Below are positions 50,518-63,403 of a stretch of DNA of 64,000 nucleotides, in pieces (the stretch's first letter is position 1; each line of letters begins with the position of its first letter). The translations under genes were made by a program, and so were the position numbers. The stretch spans positions 1,922,001-1,986,000 of the forward strand of contig NC_134469.1 of the NCBI RefSeq assembly GCF_964194025.1, given 5' to 3'. Origin of the DNA: Convolutriloba macropyga. Taxonomy: Eukaryota. The notes under the pieces are model-generated. The model was not told the origin of the DNA. It made no database searches and was given only the letters and a program-made list of their open reading frames with translations.

Positions 50518-51245
50518 GGATCTTTCCATTATCCCCCCCCCAAACAGCTTAAACAGCTTAGTGCTCATAAAACCTACAACCTACACCCCCGCCCCTACTC
50601 ATAATACAACCTACACCCCCGCCCCTACCATAATGCGGGGTTATAAAGGAGAAAGACCTGAAATTACATGACAACATCATGAACAACATGAACTGATCTG
50701 AACCGCAGGTTTTTGTTTAAATTTTGGGTAGTTTATATAAGACAAGGCGGCTCGGTAATGTGCGATGGCACATAAGGTTCCGACCCCGCCCATCCACAAT
50801 TTTGGCATAATTGTCTACCAAATGAGGAACAGATAGAAAAACCCAAAAATTTTTTTTCTCCTTTATAACCCCGCATTATGTTATAATTACCATGAGTAGG
50901 GGCGGGGGTGTAGGTTGTAGGTTTTATGAGCACTAAGCTGTTTAAGCTGTTTGGGGGGTAATTATGGTACTCATGGTAATTATACCATAATGCGGGGCTA
51001 TAAAGGAGAAAGACCTGAAATTACATGACAACATCAGAACTGATCTGAACCGCAGGTTTTTGTTTAAATTTTGGGTAGTTTATATAAGACAAGGCGGCTC
51101 GGTAATGTGCGATGGCACATAAGGTTCCGACCCCGCCCATCCACAATTTTGGCATAATTGTCTACCAAATGAGGAACAGATAGAAAAACCCTAAAATTAT
51201 TTTTCTCCTTTATAACCCCGCATTATGGTATAATTACCATGAGTA
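50518..51245. mobile_element. Foldback/MITE-like element with long inverted arms plus tandem copy of its core
   Basis: Arms ~50526-50655 and ~50853-50967 are inverted. The core is repeated at 50968-51245 with its own ~44-bp TIRs TACTCATGGTAATTATACCATAATGCGGGG. Begins GGATCTTTCC like the other MITEs. Confidence 0.75.
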
Positions 51246-51349
51246 AGTCTTTTTCAAAAAATTCTGTATGAACGATAAGATAGACTCCAAAGCAAATAAC
51301 TCAGTGGAGTAAAAATTGATGCATTAGATTGCTGTTATATGTCAATATT

Positions 51350-53770
51350 AAGAAAGCGAGTCAAGACGAACAGCAAAATCAAACAACAACAAACATTAGT
51401 TACATCAAAAAATTTATGTCCCTCTTAAAAACTAAATTTAATAGAAAGTCAACATACCGTCAGATAAAATTAAAACTAGACAAAAATTACATATAAATCA
51501 CCAGAAAACATATGCGACCAGTCCATAAAAAGGTTTGGTAACAATTATACAAAAAAGAACAAAAACAGTAAAGTAAAAAAATTAACTTATTTTTTTGAAA
51601 CAGTTAACTTCAAAGTAATAAATACCATCAGGAATCAATTAGTATTACCACAAATTTACGATTAACACTGCTCCTATAGAAGGGCATTAGGACCTGTCCT
51701 TGTTCATTTTTTAAAGCGGCTAAAAAGAACAACAAAGAAAAACAAAATTTCAATTGAAACTTGCCAGAAAACGCTGTCAAAACCGTGAAGCCAGATTTTG
51801 GCACTCAAAATATATTTGATTGTGCCTTCTTCAAACAGCTATAATGTAGTACGTGGCCATTCAATTGTAAGACTAGGTAACAAGTAGACAAAAACGAAGT
51901 GCTAAAGTATGTAATACTTTTAATTTCTTTTTCGAAACAAAGTTACATTCAATGTCATGAAAGGCATTAATTACAAAAACAGCTATTTAATTAGGGTCGT
52001 TTATTCATGAAAAGGAAGCCCTCAAGACCTGTAATTATCCAGAATATTTCTTGCATCTACAAAAAGAACGTCAATTATGACAAAATCAAATTAATTTACT
52101 TTTTTTTGTGAAAAACCGGTGTCGAAGCCAGTAAGGTCATAACAAATTCTTTAAAAAAAAAATTATGGGGCACCATTCCCTTTTATTCCCTTGACACCCA
52201 TAATGTCATATTTGACCTGTAATTAACTAACGAGATTAGGTAACAAAAAGAAACATAAAAAGAACAAAATTGCGAAGTTAAAAAGTTTTTTTTTTAATTT
52301 TGGAAAACGATTGTTTTCAAAGTCATGAAAGCCATCAGCTTTCTACTAATATCAGAATATCGGTTCTTCTTTTCTTCCATGACAAATCAATGAAAGCTAT
52401 CACTATACAGGAAATTTCATACGACCGAAACGACAAAGTATAAATGACAGTTAGAGACAAAATTAAAATTTCAATTGATTTCTTCAAGAAAGAGGCGTCG
52501 AGGCCGTTAAAACGATGATGTATATCTTTCAGGATTTTAATATGTCCAATTGTGTTTTATTCTGAATGCTAATAAGGTGACATGGAACTGTCAATAATGT
52601 GATAATGTGACAAAATTAGAAAACGTGAAAAACTGGCAAATATCAAAAACAAAAATCTGAAATCTTGTAGTATCAAAGCCAGAAAACAATAACTTCAGGC
52701 TTAAAACTGCAACCGAGAATAAATGTTAACTCAGTAGAAAGAAGAAGCAGTCTTTCTTTGCTGACACTAAGCTGGAAGTTGAGCAAATTAAGAAAAAAAT
52801 TTAATTAAACCAAGAGGAAAAGTTAATTAAACCATTACTTATTGAAAAGTCAATTATTTTTAAAAAAAGAAACGACCATAAACTTTCAATTAAAAAACTA
52901 AATGCATTAGCTTGGAGATGCTTAGCAAGCGAATTGGTTGGACCTATCACTCCTGAGCTTTGATTTGATATGTTCTGTTCTTTATTATTAAAAAAAAAGT
53001 CTTTTTTTTTTTTAAAAAAAAAGACCGACTTATTACAACCCGATTTCTTTTGGATTGTAACAGTCCAAGAATGGCCCAGAACTAGCCCTGCTAATATTTA
53101 TTGTCCGTTAGGAACAATTGATTTTTCGAATGTTGTAGATATAGATAATTTGTTAGTTGAAAACTCAAAATAAATTCTGCATTTTTGATAATCAGCGAGT
53201 AAAGTTAGCAAAAAACGGCAAAGTTTTAACTACAGTGCACTCTCAGCGGACTCTGAAGTAGAAATAGCCCCCCTCTGAGTCTACAAAGATTGTATGAGTG
53301 TTTTTTGGGGGTGTACTGTCGGCAAATTTAATCAAAGTGGACTAAAGTAGCTTATTTCGTGCTGTTTTTGATGAAAAAGGCTAAATTTTGAAATGTTTAT
53401 CCAGATTTTTTGACCAAAAAAATTAAATCAAAACAATCAACAATGCTTGTTCGTCTTCACAAATGAAATCAACGACACTATTCTTAAAAATTATAACAAA
53501 TTTTACCAAAATTGACGAAAATTTAGGCAAAAATTCCGGAAAATGTGAATAAAAACAACGTGAATTCACTCTTCTTTTCTCAGAAGTTTAAACCTCGATA
53601 ACTCCCTGTAGAAAACGAAAATTAAAAAAATCTTTTTTAAATTCCATATTCTACGCTGGACGAGCTTTCTAATGATACCAGTCTCAACTCTCTACGATGA
53701 ATATATCGAGCGGCGAAAATTCACGGAACAAAAAAAAACCCAGTTGAGTATATAGTTCCTCCCCCCTCAA
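51350..53770. repeat. Old dispersed AT-rich repeat, copy 2 (intronic)
   Basis: Homologous blocks to 11330-13510 with the same right end; left boundary approximate. Confidence 0.6.
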
Positions 53771-53870
53771 GAGGGTCGGAACAATAATAGCATTTATAGT
53801 TTAGAAAGGAAGGCAATTCTATACTAGGCAGAGGGGAGGCAATTATCGAAATGACTCCTTTGTTTTTCAG

Positions 53871-54195
53871 TAAGGTATCGGAGCGACTCGGTCGGCGAAT
53901 CAGCGAAGAGCGGTGGCTCAAGTCTTACAACATGATGGGAGGAGACGAGTTCTCGCAACGCTTCAACGTCGGCAGAGACGGAACTGGTGGGGTGTATACA
54001 ATCAGCAACTACGACCTCAACAGTCCAGTTCACATTCCGAGGCCATTTGTCTTCTTCTGTGCCAGTTCCGAGTCCTCATTAAGTATGGATCACCTGGAAC
54101 AGAGTGTCAATGGACGTGGAAGTCAAAACGGATCATCGTCGGTTGGAGGTTCGAGGTCGCCATACGTGATAGAACCGAATGTCATCGCCTCGTGA
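53871..54195 (+). CDS. Terminal exon (cytoplasmic tail) of the membrane protein at 49542-50100
   Basis: Acceptor TGTTTTTCAG at 53870, phase 2 compatible (AG|T = Ser). Gives basic juxtamembrane SKVSERLGRR, then Tyr motifs and HIPRP. GC-rich; stop at 54193-54195. Confidence 0.75.
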
Positions 54196-55744
54196 AAAAG
54201 CAGTTGTTAATCAGTTTGCAATCTCTCCCTGAAAAAGAGCTATGACCGTAGAAAATTTCAATTTTAGTACTGCATGGAAATAATTCGAAAGGGTCATTGA
54301 TATTGGCAGGTTTTCGTCTTTTTTAATGTGAAGGCATTTTTATGTAGGAAAATTTTGTAAGCGTTTCAGTTTACTGAGAAAAATGAGGGAGTTGAGAGCT
54401 TAGCCAGTTCTAAGTTTTATCACGTGTATAGACAACTTGCGAACTTGTTTCCTATTAAAACAATAGCCCTGTTTGTTAGATGCAGGAAAATTCAAATTTT
54501 TCAGGGGAGATAGGATCAGTTTTCAATTTAAAAATTTCGGTTCAAGAAAATGGGAAATCGACAATATAATAATGTAATTTTGCTGGTAATCTTGCATCGA
54601 ATTGGAAGAACATTAAATCCAGAATTATAAAACTCTTCCTCAAATCAATTGGGTCGAACTCAATAGTTATAGACGGTGTCAGGACAAAATACCCAATGCC
54701 AAAATATACCTAATACTTTACCCTATTGTCACAATTATCAGAAAGACTTGTTTGAATAATAATGTCTAAAAATGTAAGTATACTTCATTTGGCAATGCCT
54801 CAGCGTCCTGTGCAACTTGATATGAAACATCGAACATGGGATTAAATTATCCGCTTAACTCTGATAAAACATGCTTCTAATACCGACCGCTAATTTGTAA
54901 GACTTTAAATGAAAGTTGAAAGAGAATAAATTAGGAATTATGGCATCGGGTTTTTTCGGTATTGGGTAAATTGTCATGTAATCTCTATAGATATTTTGCC
55001 ATGAAATTGGTCGATTGAATTGAATCAATTTTTCCCCATTAACCATCGATGGTTATTGAAGTCTATCCATTGGGACCCTTCTAGTTTCCCTGGGTTAAAT
55101 TATTGCTGCACGTCTATGACGTTTATCCATCATCAATACAAGTCAATCCTTTAGATTACTAACTGTATGTGTTGGTCCCGTTTTATCATTAAATTAAAAT
55201 TGATCAGTTTAATTGCTATCAGATTTAAATTAGAAATGTTTCAATTAGCCGACTAGAATGTTACATTAAGGCTAATACTATAAGACAATTCATAGGTTTG
55301 AAAATTGAATTAACTTTTAGTTTGGAGCTAATTATGACTGCTTAATTTTTTCTTTCAAAAGTGAAATTTAGACTTCAGGTTTAAAAGAACTATTTGGTTC
55401 CGAAATATGCCCAGTTCTCCGATTCGGTTAAATAGAGTGTCGGTTAATTGATAAACAGTGCTGTTTAATTGTCCCCTCTAAAGGGAGTTATTAGCCCAGT
55501 GCAGTTGATAATAAATTATATTTGGTGCTTAATCTTAGCAGTTGCTAATTATCATGCTTTTGTGCACCTATGTGGCAATTAATATCAGTAGCAAAAGATA
55601 AACAGAAAAACAGAAACCAGAAAATTCAGAAGTTCATATTTATTTACTACTCGTTTTCCAGTTTTATATCTATATTTCAGTTGAAGCGCAAAATGAATTT
55701 CAATGAGAAACAGAAAATTAAATCTTTTGAATCCCAAACCAACA

Positions 55745-55776
55745 CCCCCCCCCCCCCCCCGGGGGGGGGGGGGGGG
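55745..55776. repeat. C16-G16 perfect homopolymer palindrome
   Basis: Seen directly; lies 40 bp before a MITE-like right end (GGGAAAAGATCC, ending 55816). Confidence 0.85.
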
Positions 55777-55939
55777 CGTGAAATATTTTCTTTGGCGCCA
55801 AAAAGGGAAAAGATCCATCGAATATTAAAGTTCCGTAGTTAATATATAGTAATGTGAGGGTTGAACGTGTGCTAAGCGGTTCATAAACAAATTGAAGTCA
55901 AATTCAAAACGGACTATAACTTTCAGGTGAATGTAAAAG

Positions 55940-56273
55940 ATGTTTTCAATCAGTGTGGGTGACGTCAAGTCACATGTGATAACATTAGCAGCAGGCTTTT
56001 CAGTCGGTTTTGTCCTAGCAAAATTGCTAAACGGTGTCCCGATGTTTTTCAAACTGACCTACAGATCTAAACCAGTTTCAACTGGAAACGACAAAACTAA
56101 TTTGCAAGTCGCCAAAGCGCCCCCGGGTGACTACAAATTGGTGATTGGAGCCAGACAGGATTTGCAAATGGGGAAAGGAAAAGTTGCGGCCCAGTGTTGT
56201 CACGCGGCAGTGGCCTGTTTTGAAGACGCCCAGGAATCGCAGGAGAGTGTTTTGGAAGAGTGGATGGAACAAG
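55940..56273 (+). CDS. PTRH2: Peptidyl-tRNA hydrolase 2, exon 1
   Basis: N-terminal hydrophobic anchor; YKLVIGARQDLQMGKGKVAAQCCHAAV; donor CAAG|GTAAAT, phase 1. Confidence 0.95.
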
Positions 56274-57100
56274 GTAAATGGGTTGAGCTTTCTGGCTACC
56301 ATTCTAAGTTGTCTGCTGATTGATGTTGATCGTACTTTATGAAAATAGTGACAAAGTTAGAGGTTAAAATAAACATTAAAATGGTACAAAATTACATTCC
56401 TTTGAAAATCAAATGAGCAGCTAAAATTCTACTTGATGTTTTTGAGAAAAATTGTGAAGAGATGTACATTATATCTGCATTGTAAAATAGGAAGATGGCG
56501 GCAAATTTCGACTTTTTCGCAACTGGTTCTGCTTGAAAATTTGTTTTGGCTCCAGTTTGCGTTGTATATAGCTGTCGCTTTGGTGTCAGCAATTTGCTGG
56601 TTATGTCAAGTTTTCCATCCCTCCGTGAAATTGGTGCTGGGAACTTAATTTGAGCCTTGATTTTTTTGGCAAATTAATTTATTCGATCGAAATTTTTCAA
56701 GTACACATATCTACGCAAGATATGCAATCCAGCAGGCCAAAAACGGAATAAGCAGAGAATTAAGTGGCTGAGAAGCTGATTAGAGTTTTACGCCTTACTG
56801 GTCTCTAAGTAAGATTCACCGAAACTGTTGAAGACATGAATCCTTTGCGTGAAGTGCGGTTCTTAGAAAATTGAACAACCCTCCCTCAGTCGCCCCATCC
56901 ACCACTCATCCCATCCACCGTCTTCCACCTGACAGTTTGGACCCCCTCTTCTTCAGCACTCACCCCCCCCCCCGTCCAGTCCCCCCTCTCTGATCTCATT
57001 CCGTTCCTAACCCCGCACGATCGACTCCCTCCACAAGACAATTACTCAGCTCCCGCCTAATGCTAGCATCTCTAAGCTCTAGCTGGCTACCACCAAAGGC

Positions 57101-57353
57101 AACCACTCGTTGGTCGTTTGAGAGGAATTCGCCCGACGTTAGTCGGTTATGTTTATTTGCTTTGTTTTGTTTGTTGTTTGCTTTGAAACCAAATCTGTCG
57201 GAAACTAAGTACTCCAGAACTATTTTGCATGCAAATATTGTGTACTTAGTTTACAAGAGATTTGGTTTCAAATCAAACAACAAACAAAACAAATCAAATA
57301 AACATAACTGACTAACGTCGGGCAAATTCCTCTCAGACGACCAACGAGTGGTT
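57101..57353. repeat. ~250-bp inverted repeat (hairpin, ~110-bp arms) in PTRH2 intron
   Basis: AACCACTCGTTGGTCGTTTGAGAGGAATT... pairs with ...AATTCCTCTCAGACGACCAACGAGTGGTT with few mismatches. Confidence 0.92.
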
Positions 57354-58208
57354 CTGATTTTTGTTTTCTGGTTTTTGTTTTCGTCTATATTTTGTTTTCG
57401 TGTACATGTTGGTTCTTTGATTTGATATGACTAAATATTGTGGATATTACTTTTGAGCATTTTCTTTGAAACATAGACAGTTGCAGGTTATCTGCCTACT
57501 GATTTTTCTGGAAAATAATTTTACTACTGAAACTGATCAGCAGGCAGAACTCGTTGTTTGAAATTTTTGCCTTTTTTAGAAAATTTTAAATTAAATTTTC
57601 CAAAAATGGATGTTTTGAATTTTCGTGAGTTCAAAGTGTCCGCCAATTGAGTTCATTTTCTCCGGTATGTTAGATGAATTTATGGAGTTACATTAGCATT
57701 GAAAAGGTGACAAATGTTAGATTTTCTCTTGCTGATTCTGATGGTGTTGAAACAATTTTGTGCAATCTCGGGTCTATGAGAATGATTTTTTTTGAACATT
57801 TAGTTGACACCTTTATTTACACTGGACGATGAAGAGCAGCTTACGAAGTTTTAAAAATTTTATAATCAATTTTAATAGTACTTAAAATACAAAACAGGTC
57901 TCAAAATCTACAGATAAGTTTTTAGTAAAATAAAAAATGCTGTAACTCGATTGACAAAAATATTTCCCTTTATTATTTTGTAATTTTTGACCTAGTTTTT
58001 GAGGGACGCAACAATCGCTGGAATTACAAGTTGACCAGGAATCGCATTTATATAGCTATTGGTCAACCAGCGATTGTAGAAGAACTATGCTATAATGCAT
58101 CTGAATGGTTTTAGTATTTAAAATAATAAATTGTTGAACACTTGAGGGGTTGGAGCATTATGTGCGAACACACGTTGCTGATTCTCTTTGTGGTTAAAAT
58201 TAATATTC

Positions 58209-61200
58209 TTGAACAGTACAAATTGAGCTACCATCTAGTACCGGCAATAAACTGCAGTGGCGGTATAATAACAATTTGGAGCGAAGAAATCAAGACCAAC
58301 GAACAAAGGTTTCAATCAAGAGATCATTCAGCAGTAACGTTTCCAAATTTAAACTTTGTCTTAATCAATACGTATTTAAATCCAAACGATTACACAAAAA
58401 AGCTCAGACAATTAAATTCAAGCCTCACTAAAATTGAACCTGGAAGATTTGTAGTTTTAACAGGAGATTTCAATGCTTTTAACCATGATCCAAGAAACAC
58501 CTCAAATGCTCTTAGAAGTGAAGATGACAGAATAAAGCTATTCGCTAATCTAAAGCCGGTCATCGAGAAAGCGCTCCTTTTTGATATAGCAGTTGAACTA
58601 GACGTCCAAGACTTCACACATTATGATAAGAGAACATCATCTTTCTCGTGCATAGATTATTTCTTTACTAATCATCTCAATTACAGTAACATGGAAATAC
58701 ATAGAAATAATCTCTCAGATCACATGCTTTTGGAGCCAAGCAACAAAACTGAAGAAAAGGAACGTGGTCAGAGCTTTTGGAAAATGAATGACACTATACT
58801 AGTAGAAAATAAAATTTATATCAGAGAAGAACTGAAACAATTTGGTGATCTTTATCCGATTGAGGACACATATGAAGATTTGATGTGTCATATACGTGAT
58901 GTATGCCAAACCTTAGCGATTAACAAATCCCGAGTGATAAGTTCAAAGATGAAAGGCAGCTTACGTGAAGAAAAGGATTTAAGGGAAAAAATTCAGCAAG
59001 GTAAATCAGACCAAACCATTTTAAATCGGTACAATGCAACAATATCCCAAATCAACGAGCACGAGAATAACAAACAACGACTGAGCTTTAAACACTTTAA
59101 AAAATTGATGCAATCCTGTGAAATTGGTAATGCCAGAGATCTCAAAAGATGGTCGAAAACTAAAAACAGCACAAATAGTACTACATCATTGAAAGTTGGT
59201 GACAGTGTAACAAGTAATCAAGAAGAGATCATTAAAATATTTGAAAATAATTTCTCAAAACTGTATAAAAGTAAAAAGAAATCGTCATTTGAAAGCTTGC
59301 TTGATCAACTGCAGGAGCAAGAAACTGAAACGACAACAGAAAACGAAATCACCTTAGGCGAAGTGAAGAAAGCAATCGACAAACTAAACGCAGATAGTTC
59401 ACCAGGATCAGACGTTATTTTTTCTAATTTTTATAAAGTATTTAAACGAGGAATGGCTCCCATATTGAAAAAAATTTTCAACAATGTAGTGAACACCAAT
59501 AGACTTCCAGACAATCAACAAATTGTAATATTGAAACTCCTTCCAAAAACCGAAAACCCTGAACAGTAGACGAGTTCAGACCCATAAGCCTGCTGAACAC
59601 TGACTTAAAAATTCTGTCGCATGTTTTGGCTAACAGGTGAATCAAAAACCTCGAAGCAGTAATTGGTCAACATTAACACGCCTACCTAAACAAACGACAA
59701 ATTAATACAGCACTGATGAAGATACGCAAAGCCCATAAACAAATGAACAACAATAAATGCATCGTAAATCTAGACTTCTCGAAAGCTTTCGACAAAGTAG
59801 ATAGGGATTATATATTCGCTCTTCTCGATAGAATAGGTGTAGATAATTTTACAAAATCTGCAATCAGATCAATATATAAGCAAACCAAAGCAATTATTGA
59901 AATCAACGGCTACCTCTCCCAGACAATTGTTCTCGAACGTGGAGTAAGACAAGGGTGTCCTCTATCAGCTCTGCTTTTTATTCTTGCTATTGAGCCGTTA
60001 CTTTGTTCCGTTGACAACTCAACTCACATCAAAGGTTTCGTAAATGCCAAAACTGTTGCTTATGCTGATGACATTACATGTCTAGTTCATATATCATCGA
60101 TTGAAGCGCTCTTTGGTACTGTGAAAGATTTTCGTGATCAAACCCAGCTAGAAATTAATGTTAAAAAGAGCGAAATCCTATCTACTAACAATATTCCCTT
60201 TTATAAAACTGTGCGATCAACAAAAATACTTGGTATAGTATTCCACGCTGACAAATCTCAGCCGAATCTTCTTGGTCTCCTGAAAACACAAATAGCCAAC
60301 TACAGTCGTTTTATTTCTCGAGCAAAAACACTGAAAGCCAAGAAAAATATTATTGAAACATTCATTCTTCAAAAATTCCTTTACTATGATCGACACACAG
60401 ACACGACCATGAAAAGCTTGGGAATTATGCTGAACCTCGTTAACAGCCGTTTGAAAGCTGGACAGAAAATGGAAATTAGAAACGAAGTCCTATACCAGTT
60501 ATCAGCTAGAGGCGGGATCTCCCTTCCACACATTGTTTCAAAAATTGTTTCTTCAAAACTATTTGACGAATTTAATTCATCTGACGAGAACTCGATCACC
60601 TTTTCCATTTTAACTATCCATTTTAATAAGCTCTTTAAAGCTGAAAGTTGTCCAGAACGGGAATGTTCTACTTCTAATCAAAAACAACAGAGAATCCTCG
60701 CTCAGGTTACATAATCACATGAAAACAAAAGAAATCTATGTGGTATATAATCACTGAAATTTTCCCCTCCAGTTTTATTGAAAATCGTTTACGCAAAGCT
60801 GTCGTAAAATGCAATTGTTCAACGGAAGAATTAACCCGCTTTTGTGGAGATATTTGGAAAATAAACGAGCTCTTACCTCAACAGCAAAATTTGTTGTATC
60901 GACTAGCATTCAAGTGTCTTGTTGACAAACAAGTAAGATGGCTGAAAAATTTCTCTGACTCGCCGATTTGCAGTTTCTGTGAAAACAAATTTGTAACATC
61001 TGAACACTTAGTTTTTGAATGCGAAAAATTAACTGCAGCAAGAACTTTATTACAATTGACAAACTGGCGTGATATATTTGTCCATATGAGAGTCGAAACT
61101 CTACGATTTACTGCAAGTGTTTTAAACGGATCATGGCGAGAAGCTCCTGGGCAAACTAAAAACTATTTTTATTCTTTTTATAAAAAACTATAAAAAGAAT

Positions 61201-61541
61201 TTTTATTCTTTTTAAACTATTTTTATTCTAAAAAACTTTTTATTCAATCTGTAATGCTGTTTCGATTAAGCTACTGTTGTAATGTACAGTTAGCATTTGT
61301 AAATACCTGCTTCTGAATTTATTAAAAACCTAATTGTTGTGTAAAGCCCCATTGTTGTGTTTGACACTAATCTTGTAATTATTTGTTAAGCTTCATCAGT
61401 GTAACCTATGAAACCTGCTGAGTTAGTTTAAATTCTTTGTAAATATCAACTGTAACGCTTCATCAATGGAACCTGCTGAATTATTTTAACTTCTTTGTAA
61501 CTACCAACTGTAAATAATAGCATCTGAATTTATTATTTAAA
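58209..61541 (+). mobile_element. L1/Tx1-clade LINE, 5'-truncated ORF2 (APE-RT-zinc knuckle), disrupted, in PTRH2 intron
   Basis: GDFNA, IDYFF, SDH, RGQSFWKMN, RPISLLNTD.KI, LDFSKAFD, GVRQGCPLS, YADD, CSFC...H...C. TSD AAAATTAATATTC (58196-58208) / AACATTAATATTC (61542-61554) at a TT|AAAA site. A ~65-bp duplication lies in the 3' UTR. Confidence 0.93.
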
Positions 61542-61658
61542 AACATTAATATTCAACGAACCGGTTCAATGATAAATATTGCTAATAATTAATAGATTTA
61601 TTCAGTAAATGAATTTGTTTTGGCTTGGATAAAAAAATATTTCGCAAGTTTTTTTCAG

Positions 61659-61864
61659 GCCAGCGGAAGATAGTTGTGAAAGTTGAATCAGAGGAACAGC
61701 TTTGCCAGTTGTACAATCACGCCAAAAGTATAGGACTTATCTGTTCTTTGATTGAAGATGCTGGACGTACACAAATTGCTGCTGGATCCAAAACAGTCGT
61801 TGGAGTTGGACCAGGTCCAGCGTCCGAGATTGACAAAGTCATGGGTCATTTGAAGCTGTATTAG
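61659..61864 (+). CDS. PTRH2: Peptidyl-tRNA hydrolase 2, exon 2
   Basis: Acceptor TTTTTTTCAG at 61658; GQRKIVVKV...[23 protein letters not shown]...GHLKLY*. Spliced CDS is 540 nt (179 aa). Confidence 0.95.
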
Positions 61865-62653
61865 AACAATTATTGCCGAGTGTGGATATCAGTCGCACCT
61901 CAAAGGTGAAATCGAATCAAATATGACATCAATGAGCTGAATAATTGGTGCTATTTGATGTGAACGAGCTGGTTTTTTGGTCATTGATTTTTGGCCAAGA
62001 AATTTGCTTGGTGTAAAGATTAAAAATAATTATTGCTCATAATCTGAGGTTTTTGATTTGTTGCCGTTTTTATGTGTTTAAAAATAATTTAATGTGCCTG
62101 AAAAAATTGTATTGTTCCTGCAATTAAGAACAGAAAACTATCTGTCTCTTAGTTCGACGGAAACAAATCTGTCTGAAGTTAAGTAATCATTTTTGACATA
62201 AAGGTTTTAACATATAGTTTTGCTTGCAGCGCGTTTGTTTCTAAAAATGAGAGTAATTTTTTAATATGAAGGTTAATGTGTGAACACTTGTTTGATTAGA
62301 TTAGAATATCTCGAACTATCAAGCAAAAATCAACAGCGATTTTCATAGCAAATTTTTGACATACTGTAACCAATCTTGCGGAAGAGTGGGGGAATCATGT
62401 GGGGGTATCATGTGACTTTAATCGTTTTATTGATTGTAAATTTTTAACGTCGCAAGTGGATATGATTCTTTCAATAAATGTCCTTTTCCTCCTATAATTT
62501 CACTCCGATTATTTCACCCCTCCATCATTTAACCCCGATTTTAATCCTTTATATAATTGGTGTTTTTAATAGCCGCACAGCGATAGCTGGGGCTATTATT
62601 GGCCTTCTCTTGGTTTTTTTTTATTTCGTCGTCATGATTTTTGTTACGACCAT

Positions 62654-62721
62654 ATGACGTCACAGCCACTTTTTGTTCATTCGTTCATGCAATTTCAACT
62701 GAATTGCATGTGTGACGTCAT
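62654..62721. promoter_or_regulatory. Pair of TGACGTCA (ATF/CRE) sites in inverted context, ~700 bp upstream of UBLCP1 ATG
   Basis: ATGACGTCACA at 62654 and TGTGACGTCAT at 62711 flank CATGCAATT..AATTGCATG. Confidence 0.35.
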
Positions 62722-63403
62722 TTTTCGCTCTTAGTGGAGCGAGTTTTTTTGTTCATGCGCGTGATTAAATTTTTGGTCACACTTGACTTACCTCACTCAC
62801 AAAAATGACTTCCTCACTTTGAAATTGACTTTTATTTACTTTAATTCAAAGAGATAAGGTCAAATGGGTGTGTGTTACTCTAAATGAAGGTTATTTGAGA
62901 TCAGCTAATAGAGGCAGCAATAACTTATACAGATTTTTAATCAAAATATAACAGATCAGCCTTCAATGAAAATACGAATTTTTTTGGTCTTTCTTTTTTA
63001 CTGTTTTTTAGACTGTCGATCTACGAATCTATTGCGGCTATTTTCTGGCAATCTGCCAACTATGTTTAACGTTGGGACGATAATGATTTGGCCATGCCTC
63101 GCGGGCCGTGGTCATGGCTCAGTGGCCCGTTGGACTTGATGTGAAACTATCGAAACCCAACTTGAGATTAGATTATCCGCTTAAGTATGAGAAAATACTT
63201 GAAGTTCTGATTTGAGAGATAGAGGAGTGAGATGACATGGTATTAAGATATGCGGGAATAACTGAATTGGGGTGAAAAGCAGAACCAAAATTATGTAAAG
63301 TTCAATTTGTAATTACTTTGCATCTATACTTCCTTTGACATGGAAACTGATATTTGTAACTCGAGTTGAAGTATTCCTAGGCCTCTAATTTTCAGAATTT
63401 TAA

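Noticed and set aside
50745-50800. tRNA or tRNA-derived SINE (GGTTCCGACCCC)
   Set aside because: Only a loose B-box resemblance; no cloverleaf or A box.
50518-55816. One large MITE-bounded element capturing the 53871-54195 exon
   Set aside because: Flanks GAAGTTAC and ATCGAATA do not form a TSD, so the two ends probably belong to separate insertions.
58142-58208. N-terminus of ORF 58142..59569 as the true LINE ORF2 start
   Set aside because: It lies upstream of or within the TSD, so it is host sequence fortuitously in frame with a 5'-truncated endonuclease.
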